Source of the DNA: a virus
Direction: 5' to 3' (one strand)
Length of the DNA stretch: 64,000 nt
IMG/VR virus record: IMGVR_UViG_3300046167_000921
Location: 96,001 to 160,000 of that record
Shown here piece after piece: positions 1-9,027 of this stretch (positions are counted from its first letter, which is position 1; each line of letters starts with the position of its first letter). Position numbers and translations under genes: made by a program. Below the pieces are notes generated by a model. It was not told the origin of the DNA and ran no database searches. It worked only from the letters and a program-made list of their open reading frames with translations.

Positions 1-99
1 AACATCCCCCTCTCTGGTCTTGATTATTCGCGAACAGGCGATGGAGGACACTTTCTCTTTACTCTTAATCATCTCTATCTTGCTTTTAAGACTACTCAT
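1..99 (-). CDS. 5-prime part of a hypothetical protein running off the window edge (MSSLKSKIEMIKSKEKVSSIACSRIIKTREGDV...)
   Basis: Manual translation; ATG at 99 preceded by AGGGAG on the minus strand; frame open to base 1; below the ORF-track cutoff. Confidence 0.55.
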   Translation of the reverse strand, partial: MSSLKSKIEMIKSKEKVSSIACSRIIKTREGDV

Positions 100-162
100 T
101 TTATTCTCCCTATGTGATTTGTTGTCACATCACTTATAGAAAGTGGCGAGAGCCATCGGCGT

Positions 163-282
163 TTATTTGTCCGTATTGTTATACTTACCTGAGATGTACT
201 TGTGGTGAGTATACAACACATAGAAACAGATCACGGAGAATGAGAGGGCAGATACTGAAAAAGCGAGGAGACAGATGTACAT
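163..282 (-). CDS. 39-aa hydrophobic (single TM-like) peptide MYICLLAFSVSALSFSVICFYVLYTHHKYISGKYNNTDK
   Basis: Manual translation; lies directly downstream of 294..698 on the same strand; hydrophobic N-terminal stretch. Confidence 0.4.
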   Translation of the reverse strand: MYICLLAFSVSALSFSVICFYVLYTHHKYISGKYNNTDK

Positions 283-293
283 TAGAATTATCA

Positions 294-698
294 TTAAGTG
301 AACTTCTTTACTGTCAAGACAGGGTCTATACCATCCACCTTAGTAGCCATTCTGTAGCGTTCTTTGTAAATCAGCCCCCCAAACTTGTCCTGCTTACTTT
401 TACTCACTATCGTGTAGCTTTCCTCTCCCACATAAACTTTGAGTTGGTCTACAGTTTTCTTAATGAGTTCTTTATCTTGCTCTAGTTCTTCCTTGATTGG
501 ATGATCTATGAGAGCTAAAACTCTGTTATGTAAGGTTCTTGCTTCAACTTCATCGACCCTATCAAGTAGAGTGTTCTTGTATTCCGAGACGCCTGATTCT
601 CTAGTCCCCTTGATTATGCCTTTGTAGTTACCAAGAACAAGAGGGTCATACTCCACTCTACTCAGGAAACTTTCTCTAGGTACTTTTCTTGTAATCAT
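294..698 (-). CDS. hypothetical protein
   Basis: ORF track; natural composition; co-oriented with the downstream small ORFs. Confidence 0.65.
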   Translation of the reverse strand: MITRKVPRESFLSRVEYDPLVLGNYKGIIKGTRESGVSEYKNTLLDRVDEVEARTLHNRVLALIDHPIKEELEQDKELIKKTVDQLKVYVGEESYTIVSKSKQDKFGGLIYKERYRMATKVDGIDPVLTVKKFT

Positions 699-1246
699 AG
701 TTATTAACTTTATTCTTCGAAGTCGTGTTACTTGTAGTGTTGTTATTCCTATAGTTGTTCTTATAAGTCTTCTTAGTATTAGTAGAAGTGTTCTTGTTAG
801 TATTGTTAGTCTTTTTGTTCTAGATATTACACCTTCCGATACTACGTATCTTAACCTGTACTATCTATACTAGAGTCTTACATCTCTAGTAACTTATATG
901 AAAGTTAGGTTAGTGCCTGATACATAGCAAGAGAGTTACTAGGGTTAGTTTCCTATCCTGATCCCAACGGAGTTATGAGACCTAGTCCTCTCCCTGAAGG
1001 CATACCCTTTTCCCAGAGGGAAGAGAGGGTATTTATGAGCCTCCTTACGAACGAACAGTTTTTTTTAGGCTAGGTGCGTACTACGACGTAGCTTATCCCA
1101 CCTAGTAGGCGTTACCTACCTCCCTGCCCTGTAAGAGGCTGGGGGACTGACTCCCCTTATACAACAAATCAGAGGCAGAGCAAGAAAAATATTTCAGCTC
1201 AGGCGTGTGGGGGAATCTATAAGAGCTGTAGAAAGTGAGGTGAGAT

Positions 1247-1837
1247 ATGATAATCATTCATCATGGGACAGGGGTAGAAAGCGGTTTAGCGGAGGTTCTT
1301 GAGGACAAGAACCTCGTAAAGCCCCCTTATGAAAACCTAAAGACAGACAATGTGCGAGATCTTGTGGATACGTTCTCGAAGATTTGGCCAATTAGTAACC
1401 CTGTGCTTGTAGCGGGGCCTCTTGATGAGGCAGACCCTTCAGTGCTGGATATTTTGCTGAAGAGGATTGAAGAACCCTTACAGGGATCTCCTGAGTTGGT
1501 TCTCTGGGCTAGAGACTATGGCACAGTGCCTCATACCATTAGATCTCGATGCGGAGAGCAGTATCATTATCAGCCTGTAGGTCAGCACACCCTGTATGAG
1601 CACGCTGAGAGTATGCTAGAAGCCGTTTTAAGCAATAACCTAGTAGGTATTACAGATATACTGAGAAGTGTCGAGGGGAAGCAATCTCGTGACTTTTTGG
1701 ATGCGTATGTGGAAGTGGTCTTAGAGAAAGGTGAGCTTCAGGTCTATGAAGCTCGTCTTAAAAGAGTGCTTCGCAGGAAGCGTGTGAGTCAAGTAGCCCT
1801 ATATGGTTATTTTTTAGGGGGTGTATCTTGTCCGTAA
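1247..1837 (+). CDS. holB: DNA polymerase III clamp-loader delta-prime-like subunit (N-terminally shortened)
   Basis: ILLKRIEEP and HTIRSRC match the HolB/DnaX LLKTLEEP and TIRSRC (SRC arginine-finger) motifs; adjacent to a delta-like gene. Confidence 0.8.
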   Translation: MIIIHHGTGVESGLAEVLEDKNLVKPPYENLKTDNVRDLVDTFSKIWPISNPVLVAGPLDEADPSVLDILLKRIEEPLQGSPELVLWARDYGTVPHTIRSRCGEQYHYQPVGQHTLYEHAESMLEAVLSNNLVGITDILRSVEGKQSRDFLDAYVEVVLEKGELQVYEARLKRVLRRKRVSQVALYGYFLGGVSCP

Positions 1838-2748
1838 TGGTTTTACATGGGAACAACAAAGGTTACTTACAGCTTCGCTCTACAGAGATCCTTCAAGAGT
1901 ATCGGGCGAATGGTTATGACGTTCGTGAGGTGGACTACAAGAGTAAGAACTCAGTACATGAGGCTTTCAGCTCAAGTATGTTTGAACTCAACCCTGTCTT
2001 GGTTTTGATCCACAACCCTACTAAGGTGAAGGGTCTAGCTACGTACTTGAAAGACCCTAAAGACAGAGAGGTTCTTGTTGTTTACGACAAGAGTTCTTTA
2101 CCGAAGCTGTTGAAGGGCTTCATGACTCAGACCTTGAATGAGCCGAAGTACGATAACGAGAAGAGGGAGTGGTACTCTAATTTCGTGAAGGAGTACGCGA
2201 AGAAGAGTGGCAAGACTATTTCTACGGATCTTTGTGTCGCTATTGTCAGCAAGGTCGGGAGAGATCTGGGTTTACTTAGATATGAGGTATTAAAGTATGT
2301 GACTTTAGCTGGGGATGAAGAGGAGATTTCACCGCGTATGGTTGCGGGGGTGTTCTGTGACCTTCAGGGTCCTGAATCTTCGGACTTGATTGATGCGGTT
2401 ATAAGACAAGATCGAAAGGGGTTCTTGAAGGTTTGTGGTCGCATAGAAAAAAGCTCTTCACAAGATCAGACGATGTCTGTATGTAATGGTCTGTTGTTTT
2501 ATACACTGAAGCAACTCCTCGATGTGTCTGTCCGCCTTGAAGACAAGAAATCTTCGGAAACTATCTCGGCAGAGCTTGGGAAGAATCCTTGGTTGGTAGA
2601 AAATATTTTAAGACCTCAAGCCCTTTCTTTGGGTCTCGGTAAGATTATCCTTTTGATAGGAGTTCTATATGAATGTGAAGACTCCGTTCTTAAGGGCTCT
2701 CGTAATCCTTGGGTCAAGTTTAAAACGAAGATGGTGAGTGTCTTATAG
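1837..2748 (+). CDS. holA: DNA polymerase III delta subunit (HolA-like)
   Basis: GRDLGLLRYEVLKY resembles HolA GxDLxxLxxELEKL; SDLIDAV; C-terminal LYECEDSVLKGS; ATG overlaps the upstream stop (TAATG). Confidence 0.8.
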   Translation: MVLHGNNKGYLQLRSTEILQEYRANGYDVREVDYKSKNSVHEAFSSSMFELNPVLVLIHNPTKVKGLATYLKDPKDREVLVVYDKSSLPKLLKGFMTQTLNEPKYDNEKREWYSNFVKEYAKKSGKTISTDLCVAIVSKVGRDLGLLRYEVLKYVTLAGDEEEISPRMVAGVFCDLQGPESSDLIDAVIRQDRKGFLKVCGRIEKSSSQDQTMSVCNGLLFYTLKQLLDVSVRLEDKKSSETISAELGKNPWLVENILRPQALSLGLGKIILLIGVLYECEDSVLKGSRNPWVKFKTKMVSVL

Positions 2749-2769
2749 AGACACCGTAAGGAAATAAAT

Positions 2770-4494
2770 ATGTACTCTTTTTCTGATCACGCAAAGGCTC
2801 TACTTGGGACTTATTACATGAAGGACGAGGACGGCTCCACCGAAGAAGCATTCCACAGAGCCGCATATGCCTATGCTTCGACACCCGAGCTGGCTCAGAG
2901 AATTTACGAGTACGCATGTAAGGGCTGGTTTATGTTCTCAAGCCCCATCCTCTCCAACGCGAATGGGAATGGTATGCCCATCTCTTGTTTTCTCACATAT
3001 GTGGAGGACACAGTCGAAGGACTCATCGAACACACGGAGGAGTTGCGTTGGATGAGCGTTATGGGTGGCGGTGTCGGTGGTCATTGGGATCACGTTCGAT
3101 CAGTAAGTAAAAAATCACCTGGCCCAATTCCTTTCTTGAAAACGGTGGACTCTGATATGGTAGCTTACAGGCAGGGTCAAACACGCAAAGGATCTTACGC
3201 GGCGTATTTGGATGTCTCTCACCCAGATCTCATTGAGTTCCTCAACGTCCGTATGCCTACAGGGGGTGACCCCGCACGCAAGTGTTTCAACATCAACAAC
3301 GCGGTGAACTTGACGGACGAGTTCATGACCGCTGTGATGAGTGGTAGTAAATGGGATCTGGTTGACCCAGCGGATAAAACTGTCAGGGACACTGTTGACG
3401 CAAGAGAGCTTTGGCAGAGAATTCTTGAGGTTCGTTTTCGTACAGGAGAGCCATACCTTAACTTTATTGATGAGGCAAACAGGCACTTACCTCAGCCTTT
3501 AAAGGACAAGGGTCTTAAGATTCACGGGTCTAATCTCTGTAACGAAATCCACCTTCCCACAGGTGTGGGTCGTTCAGCGGTCTGCTGTCTATCTAGCCTC
3601 AATGTTGAGATGTTTGATGAGTGGAAGGACACATCTATCGTTGAGGACTTGATTGAGTTCCTTGACGACGTACTTCAGTTCTTCATTGAGAACGCACCTG
3701 CTCAATTGGGGAAAGCTGTCCGCAGTGCTCAATCTGAGCGTTCACTTGGCTTGGGTACGATGGGCTTCCATGCATACCTACAAAAGAAGGGTCTTCCTTT
3801 CGAGTCAGTGTTTGCGGTCTCTGCGAACCGAAAGATTTACTCGACGATCAAAGAACGGGCTGTTGCTTCTTCTAGGAGGCTCGCAGAACTCAAGGGGGAA
3901 TATCTTGATGGGGTTGGTTCGGGCATGAGGAACAGTCACTTGCTGGCCATCGCCCCGAATGCGAATTCGGCTATTATACTTGATACAAGTCCTAGCATTG
4001 AGCCTTGGAAGTCTAACGCTTTCACCCACCGTACTAGAGCGGGGTCTTTTTTGCAGTTCAACAAGTATCTTAGAGCGGTGTTAGAGTCTCATCAGGAGAG
4101 ACTACCTGAAGAAGACAGAGAAGAGTGGATAGACGATCAAGTTCAATCTATCATCTTAGCTCAGGGCTCAGTTCAACACTTGGATTACCTGACCGTCTCT
4201 GAGAGGGACACTTTCAAGACCGCTTTTGAGCTTGATCAGATGTGGGTTGTTGAACATGCAGGTGTGCGTCAGGAGTGGATCTGCCAAGGCCAGAGCGTGA
4301 ACCTCTTCTTCCCTGCGGGTTCAGACAAGAACTATGTTAATGCTGTCCACTTGAGTGCGTGGAAGAAGCAACTGAAGGGGTTGTATTATCTTCGCACCTC
4401 TGCTGGTGTTGTGGCAGACAAGGTGAGCGAGAAGATTGAGCGTAAGGCTTTGAAGGACTATGACATAGACGAGTGTATTAGCTGTCAGGGCTGA
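2770..4494 (+). CDS. nrdA: Class Ia ribonucleotide reductase alpha subunit, no N-terminal ATP cone
   Basis: FMFSSPIL, PISCF, GSNLCNEI (active-site N-x-C-x-E), VCCLSSLN, IAPNANS, GLYYLR, C-terminal CxxC (ECISCQG). Confidence 0.97.
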   Translation: MYSFSDHAKALLGTYYMKDEDGSTEEAFHRAAYAYASTPELAQRIYEYACKGWFMFSSPILSNANGNGMPISCFLTYVEDTVEGLIEHTEELRWMSVMGGGVGGHWDHVRSVSKKSPGPIPFLKTVDSDMVAYRQGQTRKGSYAAYLDVSHPDLIEFLNVRMPTGGDPARKCFNINNAVNLTDEFMTAVMSGSKWDLVDPADKTVRDTVDARELWQRILEVRFRTGEPYLNFIDEANRHLPQPLKDKGLKIHGSNLCNEIHLPTGVGRSAVCCLSSLNVEMFDEWKDTSIVEDLIEFLDDVLQFFIENAPAQLGKAVRSAQSERSLGLGTMGFHAYLQKKGLPFESVFAVSANRKIYSTIKERAVASSRRLAELKGEYLDGVGSGMRNSHLLAIAPNANSAIILDTSPSIEPWKSNAFTHRTRAGSFLQFNKYLRAVLESHQERLPEEDREEWIDDQVQSIILAQGSVQHLDYLTVSERDTFKTAFELDQMWVVEHAGVRQEWICQGQSVNLFFPAGSDKNYVNAVHLSAWKKQLKGLYYLRTSAGVVADKVSEKIERKALKDYDIDECISCQG

Positions 4495-5177
4495 CTGTCT
4501 AAGAACCTTTGAGCTACTCTTTCGGCGGAGGAGCTTCTATCCCTAAAGAAGTTCTTAACTGACCCAAATATTCCTCTTTGGTCTATGATTGCGGCCTTAG
4601 CTTCTATGAAGAACTCATTTACCGTCAAGCCTATGTTAGTTGGCCAGCCGTCAATTGCTGTGATGTAAAGCTTCCTCCTTAAAAAGGGGTCGGTTTTTTT
4701 CAGCCTCTTGAGGTCGGTGAGAAGCTGGGTTATTTCATCCTCTTGAGCCTCTTTCGCAGATCGCACTAACTCTTTAATTTCATTAATGAGTGATTGCAAA
4801 GCTTTATTTGAAATCTCTTCCCTTCTCTCAGTTGTCGTGACCATTCCGTCAGGCCATTTGAGTGTAGAGTACTTGAAGTAGAAGCCTTTTTTTTCAAGGT
4901 AGGGGATGTCTTCTTCTTCTATCTTATAGCCTGACAGGTCGCTGTCGATGAATTTAGTGTCAGCGGGGAAGGCTTCCCTGCCTGCACTTGTCAGTATGGA
5001 TTTGTGTACGCTCTTGTGAAAGATGCATCCTTTGAAGACTAGGCTTCTTGGATTTGCTTTTTGAAGTATTTCTTCAAAGATACCTCTCCGTATTTCAGAG
5101 AAGTCGTGTTGGGTGAAAAGCATTTCCCCCGCTTTGAGAGACTTCAAGAGGACTAAAGATTTTTCTGCCTGTGGCAT
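4485..5177 (-). CDS. hypothetical protein with C-terminal RVAQRF tag (member of dispersed tagged family)
   Basis: ORF track; ends IFGSVKNFFRDRSSSAERVAQRFLDSQP; overlaps the nrdA stop tail-to-tail. Confidence 0.7.
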   Translation of the reverse strand: MPQAEKSLVLLKSLKAGEMLFTQHDFSEIRRGIFEEILQKANPRSLVFKGCIFHKSVHKSILTSAGREAFPADTKFIDSDLSGYKIEEEDIPYLEKKGFYFKYSTLKWPDGMVTTTERREEISNKALQSLINEIKELVRSAKEAQEDEITQLLTDLKRLKKTDPFLRRKLYITAIDGWPTNIGLTVNEFFIEAKAAIIDQRGIFGSVKNFFRDRSSSAERVAQRFLDSQP

Positions 5178-5283
5178 GGCTCACTCCTTTTTCTATATCT
5201 GATGTATAAAGAAACTAAAACAAGTCGCTTTTCCAATATCTCCCTTATTAATCATATAAGTTAACTATAAGGAGATACGAAAT

Positions 5284-6171
5284 ATGAAAGTTACATCAAA
5301 AAAATTAGGGAAGACCACCTTCTATGGGCTAGAGACTCAAGGCGGAGCCTTCATGGGTGTCTATTTCCTCAAGCCTGTTTTCGAGGGGCGGAGTATCATC
5401 GCATACCAGCTCATACGGACAAAAAACTCAAGGTTTTCGAAGATTGGCCCTCAGCATACCATTCACTTTTTACTCAAGGGTCGGGTGGATGCCCAACTCT
5501 ATAGATACAAGAACGTCTCAGCCGCAACAGGGGATGTTCTCGAACCTGCTATGTTCAACACCACTTCTTCTGCTAGAAGAAGGATCTACTACCTAGCAGT
5601 GCAGTCAATTAAGAGTATCTGTCGTCAGATTGACTTCAGCGGAGATTATGATGTAGAAGTAGCTAGTACCATGTATGAGTTTAATAGTGTACTAGAGGCG
5701 AATAAGAGACTTCGAGAAGGTGATTCAATAGGTGGCTACCTAAGAACCGACCTGAAAAGAATGGGTCTATCTACACCTCGTCTCTCAGACAGCCCTAACT
5801 ACCCAAAAGTGGGAGACTTCCTTGTCCCCTATAGTAGATGGAATTTCTCCCACTTCTTGATGGTGGTAAGTGTAGATGAAGCCTCAGATACCATCAAAGT
5901 CCTTCCGACAAAACCAGAGCTTCTAAATCCTGAAGATCGAGATGATTTCTCATGGGAAGCGGTCTTTAAACCAACCTCTGAAAAGTCCCGTCCTTCGTCA
6001 CGAGAGATAACTCTTTTCGTCAAAGAGGATGGTGGTGGTCTACGGATAAAGGGTAGTCTGGGAGACAAATCCCGTTACTTCCAAATGCTAAAAGGTCAGG
6101 TTAAGCTTGACGGGCGAGGTAATTACGTCACTCAGATGAAGGGCTACCTAGACGTATCTAATGAGTGGTGA
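5284..6171 (+). CDS. hypothetical protein
   Basis: 295-aa ORF with AAGGAG RBS and an upstream CCCTTATTAAT motif. Confidence 0.75.
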   Translation: MKVTSKKLGKTTFYGLETQGGAFMGVYFLKPVFEGRSIIAYQLIRTKNSRFSKIGPQHTIHFLLKGRVDAQLYRYKNVSAATGDVLEPAMFNTTSSARRRIYYLAVQSIKSICRQIDFSGDYDVEVASTMYEFNSVLEANKRLREGDSIGGYLRTDLKRMGLSTPRLSDSPNYPKVGDFLVPYSRWNFSHFLMVVSVDEASDTIKVLPTKPELLNPEDRDDFSWEAVFKPTSEKSRPSSREITLFVKEDGGGLRIKGSLGDKSRYFQMLKGQVKLDGRGNYVTQMKGYLDVSNEW

Positions 6172-6173
6172 GG

Positions 6174-7850
6174 TTAGAACCTACCGCCGTCTTCCTTCGG
6201 TTTCGAGTACTTCAGGTCGAGGTTTGAGGCAATTTTCTCTAAAACATCTGTGTTCTCAGCCATAGCTCTACCCGCTTCACCATAGACGCCTCGTAGAACT
6301 TCGTTGAATTGAGAATCGTTCAATGTCCACATATCACGCTCCAGCTTCGCTTTTGTAGTTACGGGGTCAACATTGAGCAGTTCTAGGATCACATCTATAT
6401 CAAGCGATCCCTTTTGGTAGAGGTTGAAGAGAGCATCGAATGTGTCTTGATTGTCTCTGAGTCCAAGACGGGTGAAGCTCAGGGTGGGGTGGAGTACGAC
6501 CTCTTCCCCATCTTCATCTTCCTCAATGAAACCCATACGTCTACACATAGGTTTGAGGATGTTCTCCTCGACCATCTCTTGGAGAACTTCCCTCATAAGC
6601 ATATAGCGAGTATTGATGACCTCTAGATTGATTCTATCTCCTGAGTAGCTGGACTCACCAGACAAGAGAGACTCAGTTACACCTAACCCTGCATACATCT
6701 GTCTGTCGGTCATGTCATATTCACCTGAGAGTTCGAGCAGGCGAGAGTCTGCTCCCATCTCTTCCCAACTAACTTGGAAGTTAGCGATGATAGAATAATC
6801 GGGGTCTTGGAGTGCAAGATCGACCTGCTCTCTGAGAGCTTCAACGTCATTTGCATCCATATCCTCTGCATACACAAGGCGGATAGGTGTCATATGCCTA
6901 GAGGCAATGGAGGTCTGAGCTTGCCTTAGCTTGTCCCTATAGACAAGAATGCGGAGACACCTTTCAAGCATAGAGTGTCCTCTGGGTTCATATTGTGATT
7001 TCTTCCTCGCCATGTAGTAGACAAATGAGCCTTCGTCAGGGTCTGTGTTAAGCCTGATGTTCCTGCCCTCTCGTATGGCTTCAACCACATCATCGGGCAT
7101 AGAGTCTACAATCCTTGTAGCGGAGGGGTCTTGTAAGGACGCTCTCTCAACAATGTCTTTTGTCTTGCTATCTGGGATAAGCTCAATGATCTTCTCACTT
7201 GTGAAGGGAAAGCTTTCCATGTGAACTTGCTCTGGAGGTAGGACTCTGATTCCCGTCCAGCCTTTATAGTTCTTTTTGAGCCAGCGGTACGCCCTTTCAT
7301 TTGAGTCTGGATATTCTTCCCACTCGATCACCGCCTCACCTGATTCTTTTAGGACGTTTCGTTCTCGGTGGGTTACTGACTTGGGCATATCTGGGTTGCT
7401 GTCCTCACAGAACACGAAGACCTCACCGAGGAGGTTGTATTCGTGCAGTATTTCTATGAGCCTATGAAGCAGTCCTGTCCTCCTAGACCACTTTTCACAG
7501 AAGCGTAGAGCTTCATTAGCCATGTCTCTATTACGAGATCGGGGCAACCCAAGTCTGATCTTAGAGAGAGGCAACTCTGTGTGTAGGTCTACCGCCTGTC
7601 CTACAAAAGGGTCGGTTCTGTAGAAGAATCTGAAATAGTTACGCTGCTCATCTTGGGATTGGGGTAACTCTAAGAAGTCTGTAGACAGTTCAGGTGAGTA
7701 GAAGTTTCCTCCTGAACCCATCATAGAACCAGAGGTGGTCATTGCGACTTTAACCCTAGACCGCATATCGCTTGGGTCGAGCTTCTTTGTGATCGCTTTA
7801 GACCTACTCTTGACTTTCCCTATTTCTGTGCCGAGATCCTCTTCACTCAT
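6174..7850 (-). CDS. putative portal protein
   Basis: 558 aa; FFYRTDPFVGQAVDLHTELPLS and RGHSMLERCLRILVYRDKLRQAQTSIASRHMTPIRLV resemble large-phage portal segments; same strand as the terminase. Confidence 0.7.
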   Translation of the reverse strand: MSEEDLGTEIGKVKSRSKAITKKLDPSDMRSRVKVAMTTSGSMMGSGGNFYSPELSTDFLELPQSQDEQRNYFRFFYRTDPFVGQAVDLHTELPLSKIRLGLPRSRNRDMANEALRFCEKWSRRTGLLHRLIEILHEYNLLGEVFVFCEDSNPDMPKSVTHRERNVLKESGEAVIEWEEYPDSNERAYRWLKKNYKGWTGIRVLPPEQVHMESFPFTSEKIIELIPDSKTKDIVERASLQDPSATRIVDSMPDDVVEAIREGRNIRLNTDPDEGSFVYYMARKKSQYEPRGHSMLERCLRILVYRDKLRQAQTSIASRHMTPIRLVYAEDMDANDVEALREQVDLALQDPDYSIIANFQVSWEEMGADSRLLELSGEYDMTDRQMYAGLGVTESLLSGESSYSGDRINLEVINTRYMLMREVLQEMVEENILKPMCRRMGFIEEDEDGEEVVLHPTLSFTRLGLRDNQDTFDALFNLYQKGSLDIDVILELLNVDPVTTKAKLERDMWTLNDSQFNEVLRGVYGEAGRAMAENTDVLEKIASNLDLKYSKPKEDGGRF

Positions 7851-8071
7851 TTCGTACTCCTCTTGACGACGGCTTTGGCAACCTTCTTCAGTAAGGCGAT
7901 GTTCTTCGGGTCGCCGTCAAAGAATAATACCCACGACCCCCCCATATGGGAGAAAACTGAGCTGATATGTTCCATCATCTTCCTAGAAGGCTTACTAAGC
8001 TTATGGTGTCTCGCTAGGATATAGGAGATGACCCTAAGGTCTGCTCTTTCATTATCTCTGAAGTGACTCAT
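7847..8071 (-). CDS. hypothetical protein
   Basis: ORF with ATGA coupling to the portal gene. Confidence 0.6.
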   Translation of the reverse strand: MSHFRDNERADLRVISYILARHHKLSKPSRKMMEHISSVFSHMGGSWVLFFDGDPKNIALLKKVAKAVVKRSTK

Positions 8072-8108
8072 CTACTTTCTCCTTTTTTGGTGAGGTGCTA
8101 TAGATAAG

Positions 8109-8372
8109 CTATCGCTTGATATAAACCCCATGCCTGATTTTGCTCAAGATATCAAGCCTTTTCATCGTCGCAAGCTCCTGCCTAACAGCAGTTTTGAGCT
8201 TGACTCTTTCATTTGAGCTTAACTCAATGGAGGTGGTCACTTCCCCCCTTGTTAGTGAATACTCTTCACCGAGACCATATACGCTTATGACGTGGTTTAG
8301 GCAATCTTCTATGGTCGCTTGCTCTTTTAGGAAAGTCAACAAGGCTTCTCTTATAGAGGGGCGACTAAGCAT
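8109..8372 (-). CDS. hypothetical protein, possible winged-helix
   Basis: Start reassigned to ATG 8372, overlapping the upstream stop; C-terminal VRQELATMKRLDILSKIRHGVY resembles a helix+wing. Confidence 0.55.
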   Translation of the reverse strand: MLSRPSIREALLTFLKEQATIEDCLNHVISVYGLGEEYSLTRGEVTTSIELSSNERVKLKTAVRQELATMKRLDILSKIRHGVYIKR

Positions 8373-8901
8373 CGTGTATCCTATTGTATAGTTTGAGCCA
8401 TTGACTTTCTTTTGAGTCAATGGAAGAAAGCATATTGAAAGCTTCCCATAATCTGAGAGAATTGTCGAGATCAATGTCTTTGGTCTTGGATCTGAGAAGC
8501 CTCTCAGTCCTTGTCGTTATAATGGATAGGCTATCTACAACAGGTTCGTCTTTAAAATGGTCTTCACTTGATGCTTTAGAGTAAACCCACACGGGGAGGT
8601 CGTACTTTACCTCTAAAGCTTTGCAGGCTTGGCTGAAACGCACTCCTTCAATTTCCATGACAGTGGAGATAGCATCTCTTGTTTTACCGCAAGCGAAGCA
8701 GTACCATGAGTTTGAATCGGGGTAGGCTCTTGCGGAAGGTGAATTATCTGACCCGTCGCCGTGCAGGTTACATCTGAATTGTTGTTCTCTCGGAGAGTCT
8801 ACAACATCGTAGTTGTAGGAGTGTAAAACAGAGAATATAGAGACCTTCTCCTTAATTCTTTCGGATCTTTTCACTAATGCCTCCTCAGGCGGTTTCCCCA
8901 C
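8365..8901 (-). CDS. CHC2 zinc-finger protein (DnaG primase N-terminal domain-like, standalone)
   Basis: FRCNLHGDGSDNSPS...WYCFACGKTRDAISTVMEIEGVRFSQACKAL matches the zf-CHC2 pattern; no TOPRIM domain. Confidence 0.85.
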   Translation of the reverse strand: MGKPPEEALVKRSERIKEKVSIFSVLHSYNYDVVDSPREQQFRCNLHGDGSDNSPSARAYPDSNSWYCFACGKTRDAISTVMEIEGVRFSQACKALEVKYDLPVWVYSKASSEDHFKDEPVVDSLSIITTRTERLLRSKTKDIDLDNSLRLWEAFNMLSSIDSKESQWLKLYNRIHDA

Positions 8902-9027
8902 ACTATTTCGATGGGGTATAAGGGCTTCTAAGTAGTCGCGTCTTTATTATTGTAATGTACGATATACATCCTGATATCCCTTTTATACATCTCGCCAGAT
9001 GAAGCAGTATTATATTAGGAGGCTTTC

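Noticed and set aside
114-485. Plus-strand 123-aa ORF
   Set aside because: Overlaps better-supported minus-strand ORFs that have RBSs; composition is atypical.
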